Assembly (NCBI GenBank): GCA_964230645.1
Contig: CAXRHT010000001.1
Location: 32,001-96,000, forward strand
Source: Bdellovibrionales bacterium
Lineage (GTDB): Bacteria; Bdellovibrionota; Bdellovibrionia; Bdellovibrionales; JAGQZY01
DNA: 64,000 nt
Direction of reading: 5' to 3'
The notes beneath the pieces were generated by a model. The model was not told where the DNA came from. It saw only the letters and a list, made by a program, of their open reading frames with translations, and ran no database searches. This document shows positions 38,149 through 47,455 of this stretch, one piece after another (positions within the stretch are counted from its first letter, which is position 1; each line of letters starts with the position of its first letter). The translations under genes and the position numbers were made by a program.

Positions 38149-38326
38149 CTAAGCCCACCCCGTGTATCCCCCCTATTTTAGCAGTGAAAAAAAATCGCAC
38201 AATGGAATTCAATTTTATAAGGCCATAACGTCTTAAAATTAGACAGGGATTTTCTTTTTTTCAGGCACTCTAGATAATTAGGCCTGCTTCCCTCATGATG
38301 GTGTGTCGAGATCAAGAGAGGATATT

Positions 38327-39109
38327 GTGACAAAAAAACTGGTATTACTTTTAGCCGTTTTCTCATGCAGCGCTATGAGTTTAGCCAATTCCAACCTGAC
38401 AAAAGAGGGGCTTCTTGCAGGCCGTGAGGAGCGCTTGCTCGAAGTTATAGATCTATTGCTGACCCTTGATGAGCGTCACTTTAGAAGCCGCTGGCCCATC
38501 AGCGATGACCAGGAACCCAATCCCAACTACAGCGGTGGCTTTGAAACCACCCGAGAGAGATTCATCGATAATAAAGACCGCTTTGATTTGGAGCACTCCT
38601 ATTTGAGCGAAGCCTTAAACGATAGTTTCTATTTTAGTGCTGCCTTCATTGATTACTTAGAGGAACTCGAAAGTCTCGATCTTAGAGGCTTACGTCAAGA
38701 AAGACGCAAAGAGCGTTGGTCTCGATTCCGACACTGCAACCAAGGCCGCTTGCGTCTGAGCGCGCAATCCACCATAGATGCCATCCCTCTTCTATCGGGT
38801 CTGCAGGCTGAACTCTTAGATAAGTTAAAAGACCGTAACTCTCACTCTCCGGCTTCTGGTTTTTCGGGAATTCTTGGCGGTATAATTGGTTCGGCCCTGG
38901 AGTCAGCCCGCCATTGGCAAAAAATTGATGGCAGCTACGCTGATCGACTTCTTGAGTACACGCAACAAGGTGTGGAAGATGAGTATGACGGTGGTCTCTG
39001 GGCTGTTACTCGTATCGTTTGGAGTGAATCTTTTGGGGTGAACTCCCCTTGTTTTATCGCACGCCGAAAACTAGAAGCCCTTGAGGTTGAGTTTTCTAAG
39101 CGAGAGTAG
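38327..39109 (+). CDS. Hypothetical exported protein
   Basis: GTG 38327 after a GAGG RBS gives signal peptide (M)TKKLVLLLAVFSCSAMSLA. Confidence 0.7.
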   Translation: MTKKLVLLLAVFSCSAMSLANSNLTKEGLLAGREERLLEVIDLLLTLDERHFRSRWPISDDQEPNPNYSGGFETTRERFIDNKDRFDLEHSYLSEALNDSFYFSAAFIDYLEELESLDLRGLRQERRKERWSRFRHCNQGRLRLSAQSTIDAIPLLSGLQAELLDKLKDRNSHSPASGFSGILGGIIGSALESARHWQKIDGSYADRLLEYTQQGVEDEYDGGLWAVTRIVWSESFGVNSPCFIARRKLEALEVEFSKRE

Positions 39110-39640
39110 TCAGTGCTTGCTGACCTTAAAGTTTTTAAGGGAGGCAAAACCAGGATGTCCCGTTTTCTCTACAGGCTTTTTAACGTAGGGTGCTTTGTAC
39201 TGACGAGACTCACAAAGACCTGTGTCTTCACACTGGGGGTAGGGTTTTATTCCAGCCGCCATCATTTCATGAAGAAACTCTCTCAGGTTTAAGGTGTGAT
39301 CATTGATATAGGTTACAGCCGGCCCTGAATCTTTAAACTCCTGCTGGCTTTGAGAGACCTGCGTGTTACGAGGTCTTTGTTTTTCAACCACCACAATTTC
39401 ATTGATTCTATTTTTAAGGGGAACATCGATATCGTGTCCACACTGCGAGCATAGCTCCGGATAGTGAGACTCGACGGTCCCGTGGATTTGATAGGTATTT
39501 CCGAGCGGCTTAATCTCTATATCGGCTTTAAAATCATTACTGCCAATAAGATCCCCAAAAGCCCCTTCCATTTCCTCACTGGATTGAGTGAATTGGAACT
39601 GCTCGCCTTCTTCTTCAATGGATTTTAAATCAACTAACAT
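39110..39640 (-). CDS. yceD: YceD / DUF177 family protein
   Basis: CSQC motif, LNLREFLHEMM, PQCEDTGLC and HPGFASLKNFK. Confidence 0.85.
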   Translation of the reverse strand: MLVDLKSIEEEGEQFQFTQSSEEMEGAFGDLIGSNDFKADIEIKPLGNTYQIHGTVESHYPELCSQCGHDIDVPLKNRINEIVVVEKQRPRNTQVSQSQQEFKDSGPAVTYINDHTLNLREFLHEMMAAGIKPYPQCEDTGLCESRQYKAPYVKKPVEKTGHPGFASLKNFKVSKH

Positions 39641-39695
39641 AAGGATCAGGTTTAAAAGATTTGGCTTGATGTGTCAATTATTCTGGAAAAATAAG

Positions 39696-39725
39696 AGGCG
39701 GCAAAGGTTTTAACCCTGCCGCCTT
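39696..39725 (-). terminator. Intrinsic terminator downstream of the 17-codon ORF
   Basis: Minus strand AGGCGGCAGGG-TTAAAA-CCTTTGCCGCCT, followed by CTTATTTTT. Confidence 0.75.
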
Positions 39726-39744
39726 GAAAAATTAACTTTGAAAG

Positions 39745-39798
39745 TTAATTGGCTCCTCCGTAATAGAGGGCGCCTAAGTTAAGTTTCTCACATGACAT
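39745..39798 (-). CDS. Putative 17-aa small protein MSCEKLNLGALYYGGAN
   Basis: AGAAAGGAGGTG six nt before the ATG; own terminator downstream; too short for the ORF track. Confidence 0.5.
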   Translation of the reverse strand: MSCEKLNLGALYYGGAN

Positions 39799-40133
39799 TG
39801 GCACCACCTCCTTTCTGACTTTAGAAAGTCATCCACAGGATAAGGGAAAGGGGCCTTCGAGGTAAGACATTTTTTTTTATGCCGCCTATCATGTCTCGTT
39901 ATAAGATCAAAAGCATCTTCAAACACAAGTCATAAACCCCTAAAAGGACGAAGCTTTTACACCTATGGTTCAATGGTTAAATAAGAGTTCTTCACCTTAT
40001 TGAGAGAGTCGAAGAGTAAAAGAGGGCAAAAGTCGGTTGAAATTTCAGCGGGGAAAGATTGATCCTTAACTTGCAGCTCAGTCAATACCTTTGAGGCAAC
40101 GGTTCAAAATCAACCGTTGCCGGGTTGAGAATT

Positions 40134-40622
40134 TTAACGACTTAAGCAGACTCCCTGATCTAACGAAGGATAATGCGTCACGGGACAATCTCCATTCCAA
40201 GTTCTGCAACCGTTCGACTCGAATTCTTCAATACCGCGCTCCATTTCATTCACCAATTCAGGGTTTTTCTGAATTGTTTTTTCAATACTACGCTCATAAA
40301 TATTAGCATCGTTTGTGATTACATAGTTTCGCAAAGTCAGGCGTCTACGAACTCTTTCGAAAAGATTCGGATTATTATCTTCTCCATCGGATTCGTTTCC
40401 TACATATTCAGTTCGACGTATTGAATTGAAGAGGCTATTAAACTCCTCATCAACAGCGGCATAAAATTGCCTCTGCTGAACATTGACCTGGCTAGCAAGG
40501 TCTTCACAATAAACTTGATAATCCATGGATTCTCGTTGCTCATTCGATAATGAGTTATCAGTGGTTTCTGCTCCCACATTTTGGAAGAAAAATAGGGTAA
40601 AAATGATAAAGATAGCTTTCAT
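40134..40622 (-). CDS. Hypothetical exported protein
   Basis: 162 aa, RBS AAGGA, signal peptide MKAIFIIFTLFFFQNVGA, four Cys. Confidence 0.7.
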   Translation of the reverse strand: MKAIFIIFTLFFFQNVGAETTDNSLSNEQRESMDYQVYCEDLASQVNVQQRQFYAAVDEEFNSLFNSIRRTEYVGNESDGEDNNPNLFERVRRRLTLRNYVITNDANIYERSIEKTIQKNPELVNEMERGIEEFESNGCRTWNGDCPVTHYPSLDQGVCLSR

Positions 40623-40664
40623 GGCTTTGTCCTTTGCGTGTTAAAGTGTTGTGACTGTAAGCCT

Positions 40665-40680
40665 TGCAAACGAGAGGCCA
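40665..40680 (-). promoter_or_regulatory. Putative sigma54 promoter
   Basis: Minus strand TGGCCTCTCGTTTGCA, 42 nt upstream of ATG 40622. Confidence 0.55.
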
Positions 40681-40856
40681 TCATTCTTTTCTTCAAAGAT
40701 ATGAAATATCATTCATTATTTCAAACACTTGGGGGCTCTCAAAAGTTAACAAAAATTATTGAAAAAAAAGAAGTGCCTAAACTTTAAACAGTTGTATGTT
40801 AGGAATTAAGTCACGATAACCTACGAGGATTATCGTACACATTGAGTTTTTAAGAC

Positions 40857-41546
40857 TTACTTCAGCCAATCCATCGTTTTTATTTTGTAATCACTATCCA
40901 ATTCACACACCAGGGGCACACCGGTGGCAAATTCAAACTGGGTGATTTTGTCCTCATCCATATTTGTTAGCAGCTTCACTAGAGCTCTGAGACTATTACC
41001 GTGAGCAGAGATCAAAAAGTCTCCTCCTTTTTTTAAATCAGGAAGAATGTTGTTTTGCCAATAAGGCTCCACTCTTTCAAGACAGTGCTTAAGGGCTTCG
41101 CCTTTTGGAAAGTCATTTTTGGGAATTTCTTTATAGCGTCGATCTTTTAGTTGCTCTTCTTGGTAAGGTCCCTCACCTTCCGGAGGAGGTGTCGCGTAGC
41201 TTCTGCGCCACTGGAACACTTGGTCGTCTCCATACTTATCACGAGTCTCTTGTTTATTAAGCCCTTGCAAGCCACCGTAGTGTCTTTCGTTCAAACGCCA
41301 GTGTTTATCCACAGGAATCCAAGTTTGTTCACTCTCCTCTAGGATGACCCACAAGGTTCGAATCGCTCGTTGTAAGTAAGAGGTGTAGGCTTTTTCAAAT
41401 TCAAAACCGGAGTCTTTGATAAGCTCTCCCGCTTTTTTAGCTTCTTCTAAACCTTTTTGTGTTAAGGGAGCATCCACCCATCCTGTGAATTTGTTTTCAA
41501 GATTCCACTGACTTTGACCATGACGAACAAGTACAAGTTTTTGCAT
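40857..41546 (-). CDS. gpmA: 2,3-bisphosphoglycerate-dependent phosphoglycerate mutase
   Basis: LVRHGQSQWNLENKFTGWVD, WRLNERHYGGLQG, WRRSY and SAHGNSLRAL. Confidence 0.97.
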   Translation of the reverse strand: MQKLVLVRHGQSQWNLENKFTGWVDAPLTQKGLEEAKKAGELIKDSGFEFEKAYTSYLQRAIRTLWVILEESEQTWIPVDKHWRLNERHYGGLQGLNKQETRDKYGDDQVFQWRRSYATPPPEGEGPYQEEQLKDRRYKEIPKNDFPKGEALKHCLERVEPYWQNNILPDLKKGGDFLISAHGNSLRALVKLLTNMDEDKITQFEFATGVPLVCELDSDYKIKTMDWLK

Positions 41547-41718
41547 TTCAACTTTCCTTTTCTAACAACTGTATTAAAAATTCCTTTAACTCACAGACTG
41601 AGAAGAAAAACATTTCCAAAAAAGAACTGTGATGTTTTTTATTTTTAAAAGATTAATTACCTGGAAAAAGAAAAGAACTCAAAAGAAGAATTTTTATGGA
41701 GAAAATTTAAAGGAGGGC

Positions 41719-41820
41719 AAAAAAATAAAAAAGGCGATGATGCAGCTTCCTGCTACAGAACCTCATCCTAAAGCCCATCGCCCGTCCCATTTATAAGAGT
41801 AGGGGCAAAGGCTGAGGGAC
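41719..41820 (-). ncRNA. Candidate structured RNA or leader ending in a U-tract, upstream of gpmA
   Basis: Stems GTCCC/GGGAC and GGCGATG/CATCGCC, inner TGTAGC-AGGAA-GCTGCA hairpin, then TTTTTTATTTTTTT. Confidence 0.3.
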
Positions 41821-42154
41821 ACAAATTTTTATGCTTTGTTTCACCATTTTTAGCCTCTGTTTAGGTCCTTGGTCTAGGTTGCTCACCAATCATCACCCCT
41901 TTCCTTTGATTTGGGATTTCCATGATTTTTTGGTTTTTTTAAAGAGACTTAAAAAACCCCCTCCTTTTTTTAATTTTTTTTGAAAACTCAAATATTATGT
42001 AACACCGCCTGCGCCTTTTTTTTTCTCATTGTCTAAAAAAGAGACAATGACTTCCTATACACCTGTATAGGATATAACGACCAATTGAATTCTAAGCCCA
42101 CAAGACATGGTTTCATTTTTGCTCTTAAGAAAAGCGGGATTATGAGGGGGCTCT

Positions 42155-45100
42155 ATGAATAAAACCATCCAATTATTTATTTCTCTAATTGGTACGATGA
42201 CCATACTGGGATGCGGAAACGCCTTTGAAGCCGGAGACTTCGCTAGCCGTTCCTCCCAACTCCCCACTGTTCTCCGTAGCCAAACGGACCTCATTGATGT
42301 TTCCGAAAAATTGAGCGTTCAAAAAAGTGCCGTTGTTGACTCTCAAAGTATTTCAGCCTCCTCGACATTTTCCTCAGCAAACTCCAAATACAGTGAGTTT
42401 CAAAAGTTAGGAGTTAAAGCCGGGTCACGCTGGACAGCTCTTCTTGATAACGAATGCCTCAAGCTTTCTGCTTCCGAAGATTTTGCCACCAAGCTTTCCA
42501 AACAAGAGTTTGATCTCAATTCCCTCAAACAGAAAAAAGTCGCCTACTCTTTTGAACTCGATTCCGATCTCACTCTCCAAGAGCTTGCATTAAAACTCGA
42601 TGAAAGTGGTTGTGCTATTTATATGGAAAATGAACAAGACGAGGTGGAAGTTGTTTCTTACAATGATCCTCACTTCTCCGCACAAAAGCATTTAAATGAA
42701 ATTCAATCCGATTTTGCAGAGAAGATTCAACAAACCTACCAGGGCACTCAAGATGTGGTTGTGGCTATCATCGATACAGGCCTTGATCTCAACCATGAAG
42801 ACTTTGATAAAAACAAATTGTGGAGAGATGCGAGAGGCTTTAACGGCATTGACTTTCATAACAATGATTACAATCCTCAGGATGGTCACTCTCATGGGAC
42901 CTATGTGGCTTCTCTTCTTGCCGCACACACCAACAATAACAAAGGTGTTTCAGGGGTTGCCCCTTCCGGAATCCGCCTTATGCCTATTAAGGTTCTCGAC
43001 GACCGAGGTCGTGGCTATAGCACAAATGTGGTCAACGGCATTTATTACGCTATAGAAAACGGAGCTCACATCATAAACTTAAGTGTCGGTTTTCAAAAAG
43101 AAAGTAAAGTCATGCAAAAAGCCCTACAAGCGGCTGTCGATAGCGGTGTGATCGTTGTTTCTGCTGCTGGGAACTCCGGCCAACAACTTTCTAATAATTA
43201 CTTTATCACTCCTGCAGGTTACGCTTACTCTCAAAGAGGTCACATCTCGGTAGGCTCTACAAATGAAAGCGGAGCCTTGAGTGCTTTTAGTAACTTTGGT
43301 GCCGGTTGGGTTGAAATCGCCGCACCTGGTACAAATATTATGGGAGCTGTTCTCAATAATAAATATGAGACGAAGAGTGGGACCTCTGCCAGTGCCCCTC
43401 TTATAGCTGGAGCGGCGGCTCTTTTAGTGCACCAAAAAATAAACACCGGTCAAGGCTACACGGCCGGAGACATTGAGGACTTTCTTTTAGAAAACTCTAT
43501 TAAGGACGCAAAACTGACCTCTCAAATTTTAAAGGGTCATCGCCTTAATCTAAAAAATCTCCACGACGCATTGGTCGCGCAGGGCCCAATCACAGAGCCT
43601 GAATTAAACGAAGAGAATAACAATCCTCAAGACACCAATCCACCGCCACAGAATCCTCAAGGCAATCCGGAGGAAACTAAAATTTATCTCGGTGAAATCA
43701 ATAGTGTGAATTACGATGCCAATTTAAAAGCGGTTGTTATCAAAGGCTGGGGCTGCCGCTGGGGTACGTCTCAATCCCCAATTATTACACTTTTCTATGA
43801 CTTCAAATTAGATGAAGATTATATGGACTTCCCCACAAGAAGTCGACTCCCCAGCAGTGCAGCCGTTGAAGATCAATGTGGAGTGCAAGGAAACTTCAAT
43901 TTCGAGCATCACCTTCCTGTGGCCAAGGTGACTAAGTTAGCCATGGAAGGAATGGAAATTTCAGGCTCTGTCGGTTTTACCGAAATTGACGAAATCGGTA
44001 TCGGTAACTTTCAATTGACTCGCTCGCAAAAATTTGTGGTCCCAAAACTCCCCGACACAGTGGATGTCGAGGTGCCTGTGAGTGACGGGATGCCAGTGAT
44101 CAAGGGAAAAATTGAAAGTATCCGTTACCGCACTGATTTAACAAAAGTGGAAGTGTCAGGTTGGGCCTGTGAGGTGGGCGATCCGGGCAGTGCTAAAGTT
44201 TACCTGGCCGCCCTCAGACCTGTGGGTGGATACATCACAACCGATGTGGTCCAAGCCGATCAAACAAGCTCTGCTGAATCAAGACAGGTCTGCCAAACAA
44301 ATTCCAACCATGGCTTTAAGGCCTATATTGGTTTAAGCTCTGTGGATACTTTTGAGCTTGAGGGAGCCCAAGTGAGACTGCACGCCTACGGTCCTTTTCG
44401 AAGTGCGGGCTCTGAGCTTATCCCAAACCCCATGAACTTAAAAGTACCTGAGATCACTGACGCCCAAAGAGACACACCTCCGCCCACTCCGCAAACAGAA
44501 ATTAAAGGAGCCATTACTTCAATTGTTTATAATCCCAACACCAAAGCCGTCGATGTCATGGGCTGGGCTTGTGAAGTGGGTGTGGATGGACCAACAAAAG
44601 TGGAGCTTCTATTTCAACTTGATAGCGGCAGATACAGCAATAAGTACGCTGACACCACTTTAGAATCGAGCAACCAAGTTCTTGATGCCTGTGATTCCGG
44701 GGGCACTCATAACTTCAAGATCAGTCAAAATGCTTTTGTCAGTGATGCTCATACACTGCTCACCGATGGTAAACTGATCCTACAATTAGTGAACGGACCC
44801 AATGGCGAATTTAAAAACCCCATAAACCCAGACGCCTATAAAATTCCTGAAATTCCACAATTAAACAATCAAAACGAACTTATGGGTGCTGTCACAAGTG
44901 TCAACTATAACAACACTCGAAAAGAGCTGATCATTCAAGGCTGGCTGTGTGAAAAGGGTCTTGTCGGTTCTATTAAGTACCGTCTTGATGTTTTTCGACC
45001 AGAGCTTGGAAGCCGAGTGTCTTTGTCTCCTAAAACAGCACAGTCTCCGAGTTCCAACACGGTGAAAAATCAATGTGAAGCCAATGGACGTTTTAACTTC

Positions 45101-45244
45101 CAACACGTTCTCACCAGAGCCGATCTTGACAAATACCAGATTAAGCCAGGCTCTCATATCCGCATGTACTCTTACGCCAATAAAGAGGGTATGCCTAATA
45201 AGATGATCGGCAAAGACCAAAATTACCTGGTCCCTAACTACTAA
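42155..45244 (+). CDS. S8 (subtilisin-like) serine protease lipoprotein with four C-terminal repeats
   Basis: Lipobox LGC. Triad VAIIDTG / HGTYVAS / SGTSASAP and oxyanion SAAGN. Four GxIxSxxY...GWxC repeats. Confidence 0.93.
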   Translation: MNKTIQLFISLIGTMTILGCGNAFEAGDFASRSSQLPTVLRSQTDLIDVSEKLSVQKSAVVDSQSISASSTFSSANSKYSEFQKLGVKAGSRWTALLDNECLKLSASEDFATKLSKQEFDLNSLKQKKVAYSFELDSDLTLQELALKLDESGCAIYMENEQDEVEVVSYNDPHFSAQKHLNEIQSDFAEKIQQTYQGTQDVVVAIIDTGLDLNHEDFDKNKLWRDARGFNGIDFHNNDYNPQDGHSHGTYVASLLAAHTNNNKGVSGVAPSGIRLMPIKVLDDRGRGYSTNVVNGIYYAIENGAHIINLSVGFQKESKVMQKALQAAVDSGVIVVSAAGNSGQQLSNNYFITPAGYAYSQRGHISVGSTNESGALSAFSNFGAGWVEIAAPGTNIMGAVLNNKYETKSGTSASAPLIAGAAALLVHQKINTGQGYTAGDIEDFLLENSIKDAKLTSQILKGHRLNLKNLHDALVAQGPITEPELNEENNNPQDTNPPPQNPQGNPEETKIYLGEINSVNYDANLKAVVIKGWGCRWGTSQSPIITLFYDFKLDEDYMDFPTRSRLPSSAAVEDQCGVQGNFNFEHHLPVAKVTKLAMEGMEISGSVGFTEIDEIGIGNFQLTRSQKFVVPKLPDTVDVEVPVSDGMPVIKGKIESIRYRTDLTKVEVSGWACEVGDPGSAKVYLAALRPVGGYITTDVVQADQTSSAESRQVCQTNSNHGFKAYIGLSSVDTFELEGAQVRLHAYGPFRSAGSELIPNPMNLKVPEITDAQRDTPPPTPQTEIKGAITSIVYNPNTKAVDVMGWACEVGVDGPTKVELLFQLDSGRYSNKYADTTLESSNQVLDACDSGGTHNFKISQNAFVSDAHTLLTDGKLILQLVNGPNGEFKNPINPDAYKIPEIPQLNNQNELMGAVTSVNYNNTRKELIIQGWLCEKGLVGSIKYRLDVFRPELGSRVSLSPKTAQSPSSNTVKNQCEANGRFNFQHVLTRADLDKYQIKPGSHIRMYSYANKEGMPNKMIGKDQNYLVPNY

Positions 45245-45253
45245 AATTTTATT

Positions 45254-45281
45254 GAGGAGTGCACTTCGTGCTCCTCTTTTT
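45254..45281 (+). terminator. Intrinsic terminator
   Basis: GAGGAGTGCAC-TTC-GTGCTCCTC followed by TTTTT. Confidence 0.7.
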
Positions 45282-45375
45282 CATGCCTCAAATATAGATT
45301 TACTGCACAGGTGTTCCGATAATTACAGTGATTCTCAACTTGATACAGTTTAATTGCAGCTTGAGCCCAAAATCT

Positions 45376-45391
45376 CGGTATGAATATTGCT
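45376..45391 (+). promoter_or_regulatory. Possible sigma54 promoter
   Basis: CGGTATGAATATTGCT (GG-N10-GC with TTGCT), 30 nt upstream of GTG 45422. Confidence 0.4.
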
Positions 45392-45421
45392 CCTTAATAA
45401 TACATCTACGGGAGGGATACT

Positions 45422-46036
45422 GTGGGAAAAAGATTTCTAATGTTATTATCTATATTAATGATGAGCTCAACGGGATTTATCTATCAAAATTGTGCACCTT
45501 TTGAGAGCCTTCAGAAAACAGAAAGTTTAGCTTCTAATGCAGTCAATGATTTTACCAGCTCTGAACTTTCATGTCGTTTCATTGGCGGGAATGCCCTGTC
45601 TACTGTTTTGACAAACACGCTCGGCCTGCCCGAGGGTGATGTGGCTATGCTTAATGAACAAGGGGAACCTTTAAAGAGCAATAACTGTAAAAGCTTTAAT
45701 CACCAAAATGGCGGACGGGACTGTCTTTATCTTTCCGAGTACTCCAGCGAATTGAGCACACAGAGCTGTAACACTTCGACTTTCCGTCTTGTTGCTCAAA
45801 TTTATACGAATGCTTGTGCTGAGAGTCTCAGTCAGGAAGAAAATGTTAACCGCTTGTTTCCGCAAGGCAGTGATAATTATACAACCATCCATCAGGCATT
45901 CACGGGGAGAACGCCACGAGGGGATGAAATTCAAATTCTTAAGGACCTATCCAAAGAGTTTGAAGTGGAGCAGGAAAAAATGACAGCCGTTTGTGCTGCC
46001 ATCGGTTCAAGCCTTGCATCAATTAATAGTTTCTAA
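45422..46036 (+). CDS. Hypothetical lipoprotein (helical, DUF1595-like C-terminus)
   Basis: RBS GGGAGG, FIYQNC lipobox-like motif, IHQAFTGRTPRGDEIQIL...AVCAAIGSS. Confidence 0.7.
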   Translation: MGKRFLMLLSILMMSSTGFIYQNCAPFESLQKTESLASNAVNDFTSSELSCRFIGGNALSTVLTNTLGLPEGDVAMLNEQGEPLKSNNCKSFNHQNGGRDCLYLSEYSSELSTQSCNTSTFRLVAQIYTNACAESLSQEENVNRLFPQGSDNYTTIHQAFTGRTPRGDEIQILKDLSKEFEVEQEKMTAVCAAIGSSLASINSF

Positions 46037-46056
46037 ATTTATCGGGAGAATGGGGA

Positions 46057-47454
46057 ATGAAGAACAAAAAGAAAACAACATTTGATCAACTCGACCTAGC
46101 TTTTGCACAATCTCGCAGAAACTTTGTCACTAAGTTAAGTTTTACTCTGGCCGCCGCTGGAGTCGCTAGTCAAACAAGACTGAGTCTTGTGGAAGAACTC
46201 GCACGCCAAATTATTCCACAAGCTCATGCCGACGATCTCGTGGCACCACAAAGATTAATCTTTATTGGAGTTCGCTCCGGAATTCCCATAATGCCTTTTG
46301 GAGCTCCGGATCTTTTCGCGCAGAGGGCAGAAGCCTTAACGCCGAATGTTCCATTTCAAGGCAGTCAATTCACTAAGGGAAAGAACGGACTTAATTTCAG
46401 TCCAGACTCTTTGCCTTTGAAAGCTCACGAAGACAATCTACTAATTACACAGGCCGTTCAAACCGAAGGTGGACACACTCGCATGTTTAACTTCTGGGAA
46501 GGGGGCCGAGGTCAGAACCAAGTCTCCCCTATCATCACACTTGCCAATCGAAATCCATCGGCCTCGGTGATTCCAGGGGTTCATTTTGCTCAAAACTCCA
46601 ATGGCAACCGTGTGGTTGATCACAGAACAGGAAGTCTTCCCGATTTACTGACCACACACAACTCCACTTTTAAAGACAACTTTAAAAAAGCCACCCTAGC
46701 TTTTGACGATGATGCGACCAAAAAGATTTTAGAGGCCTCTGTTAAATTGACTCGACGCCAGGCTTTGAGAATGCAAGCCTCTATTAAAAATCCGTTAAAT
46801 TATTCAGGAGATCAAAGTAAAGCCGCTGAGCTTCTTGGTTTCGATTATGTTCAAGCTCTCAACCCCACAGATATCAATAGTGCACTCAATGGCGGGGCCA
46901 ATGGTACCTATCGTAACTTTGGTGAGGCTTTAGGACATACCCTAAAAGCCATGACATATAATTTGATAAACTCATCAACCATTGAACTCTCTATTGGTGA
47001 CTGGCATGGCCGACGTGATATGACCTCAACAAGAGCTCACTACGCCGATGTCTCAGAAAAACTAGCGGCGGCCGTCGCCTATCTAAAAGCGACCCCCGAC
47101 TTGCAAGGTCCTAATGGCACCACCCTGTGGGACACCACCACAATTGTCATTGGAAGTGAATTTAACCGTAACGATAGTACCTTTGGTAGAGACAATGGTG
47201 ACGGTGGATCGCAAGGAACTTTGATCTTGTCGAAAAAGGTTCGTGGCGGATACTACGGAAAAGTCGATTACAACGGCAACGCCAATGCGGGAGGAAACCC
47301 AAGGATTCTCACTCACACAGGTGTGGATCGTACCTCGGGACAACTTCTCCCCAATGGTCAACGCAACTCAACCCGCCAGCTCTATCACACCATTAACAAT
47401 ATTATAGGTAACTCAAGCACAGCTTCTGAGGTCATCACAACTTATCTGGGGTAA
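46057..47454 (+). CDS. Tat-exported DUF1501-like protein
   Basis: Twin-Arg SRRNFV...QAHA, RLIFIGVRSG, GDWHG and TLWDTTTIVIGSEFNR...KVRGGYYG. Confidence 0.75.
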   Translation: MKNKKKTTFDQLDLAFAQSRRNFVTKLSFTLAAAGVASQTRLSLVEELARQIIPQAHADDLVAPQRLIFIGVRSGIPIMPFGAPDLFAQRAEALTPNVPFQGSQFTKGKNGLNFSPDSLPLKAHEDNLLITQAVQTEGGHTRMFNFWEGGRGQNQVSPIITLANRNPSASVIPGVHFAQNSNGNRVVDHRTGSLPDLLTTHNSTFKDNFKKATLAFDDDATKKILEASVKLTRRQALRMQASIKNPLNYSGDQSKAAELLGFDYVQALNPTDINSALNGGANGTYRNFGEALGHTLKAMTYNLINSSTIELSIGDWHGRRDMTSTRAHYADVSEKLAAAVAYLKATPDLQGPNGTTLWDTTTIVIGSEFNRNDSTFGRDNGDGGSQGTLILSKKVRGGYYGKVDYNGNANAGGNPRILTHTGVDRTSGQLLPNGQRNSTRQLYHTINNIIGNSSTASEVITTYLG

Positions 47455-47455
47455 T

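Noticed and set aside
39805..39816. 16S rRNA 3'-end fragment (CACCTCCTTTCT)
   Set aside because: The match is only 12 nt with no flanking rRNA sequence. It is better explained as a Shine-Dalgarno sequence on the minus strand.
41719..41830. Known riboswitch (c-di-GMP-I or fluoride) or SRP RNA
   Set aside because: GGCAAA...GGGACACAAA lacks the GAAA-capped P2 and the downstream stem; GGCGATGG is not followed by the fluoride GTTCGCC pairing; the SRP CAGG..GNRA..AGCAG motif is absent. Kept only as an unclassified candidate.
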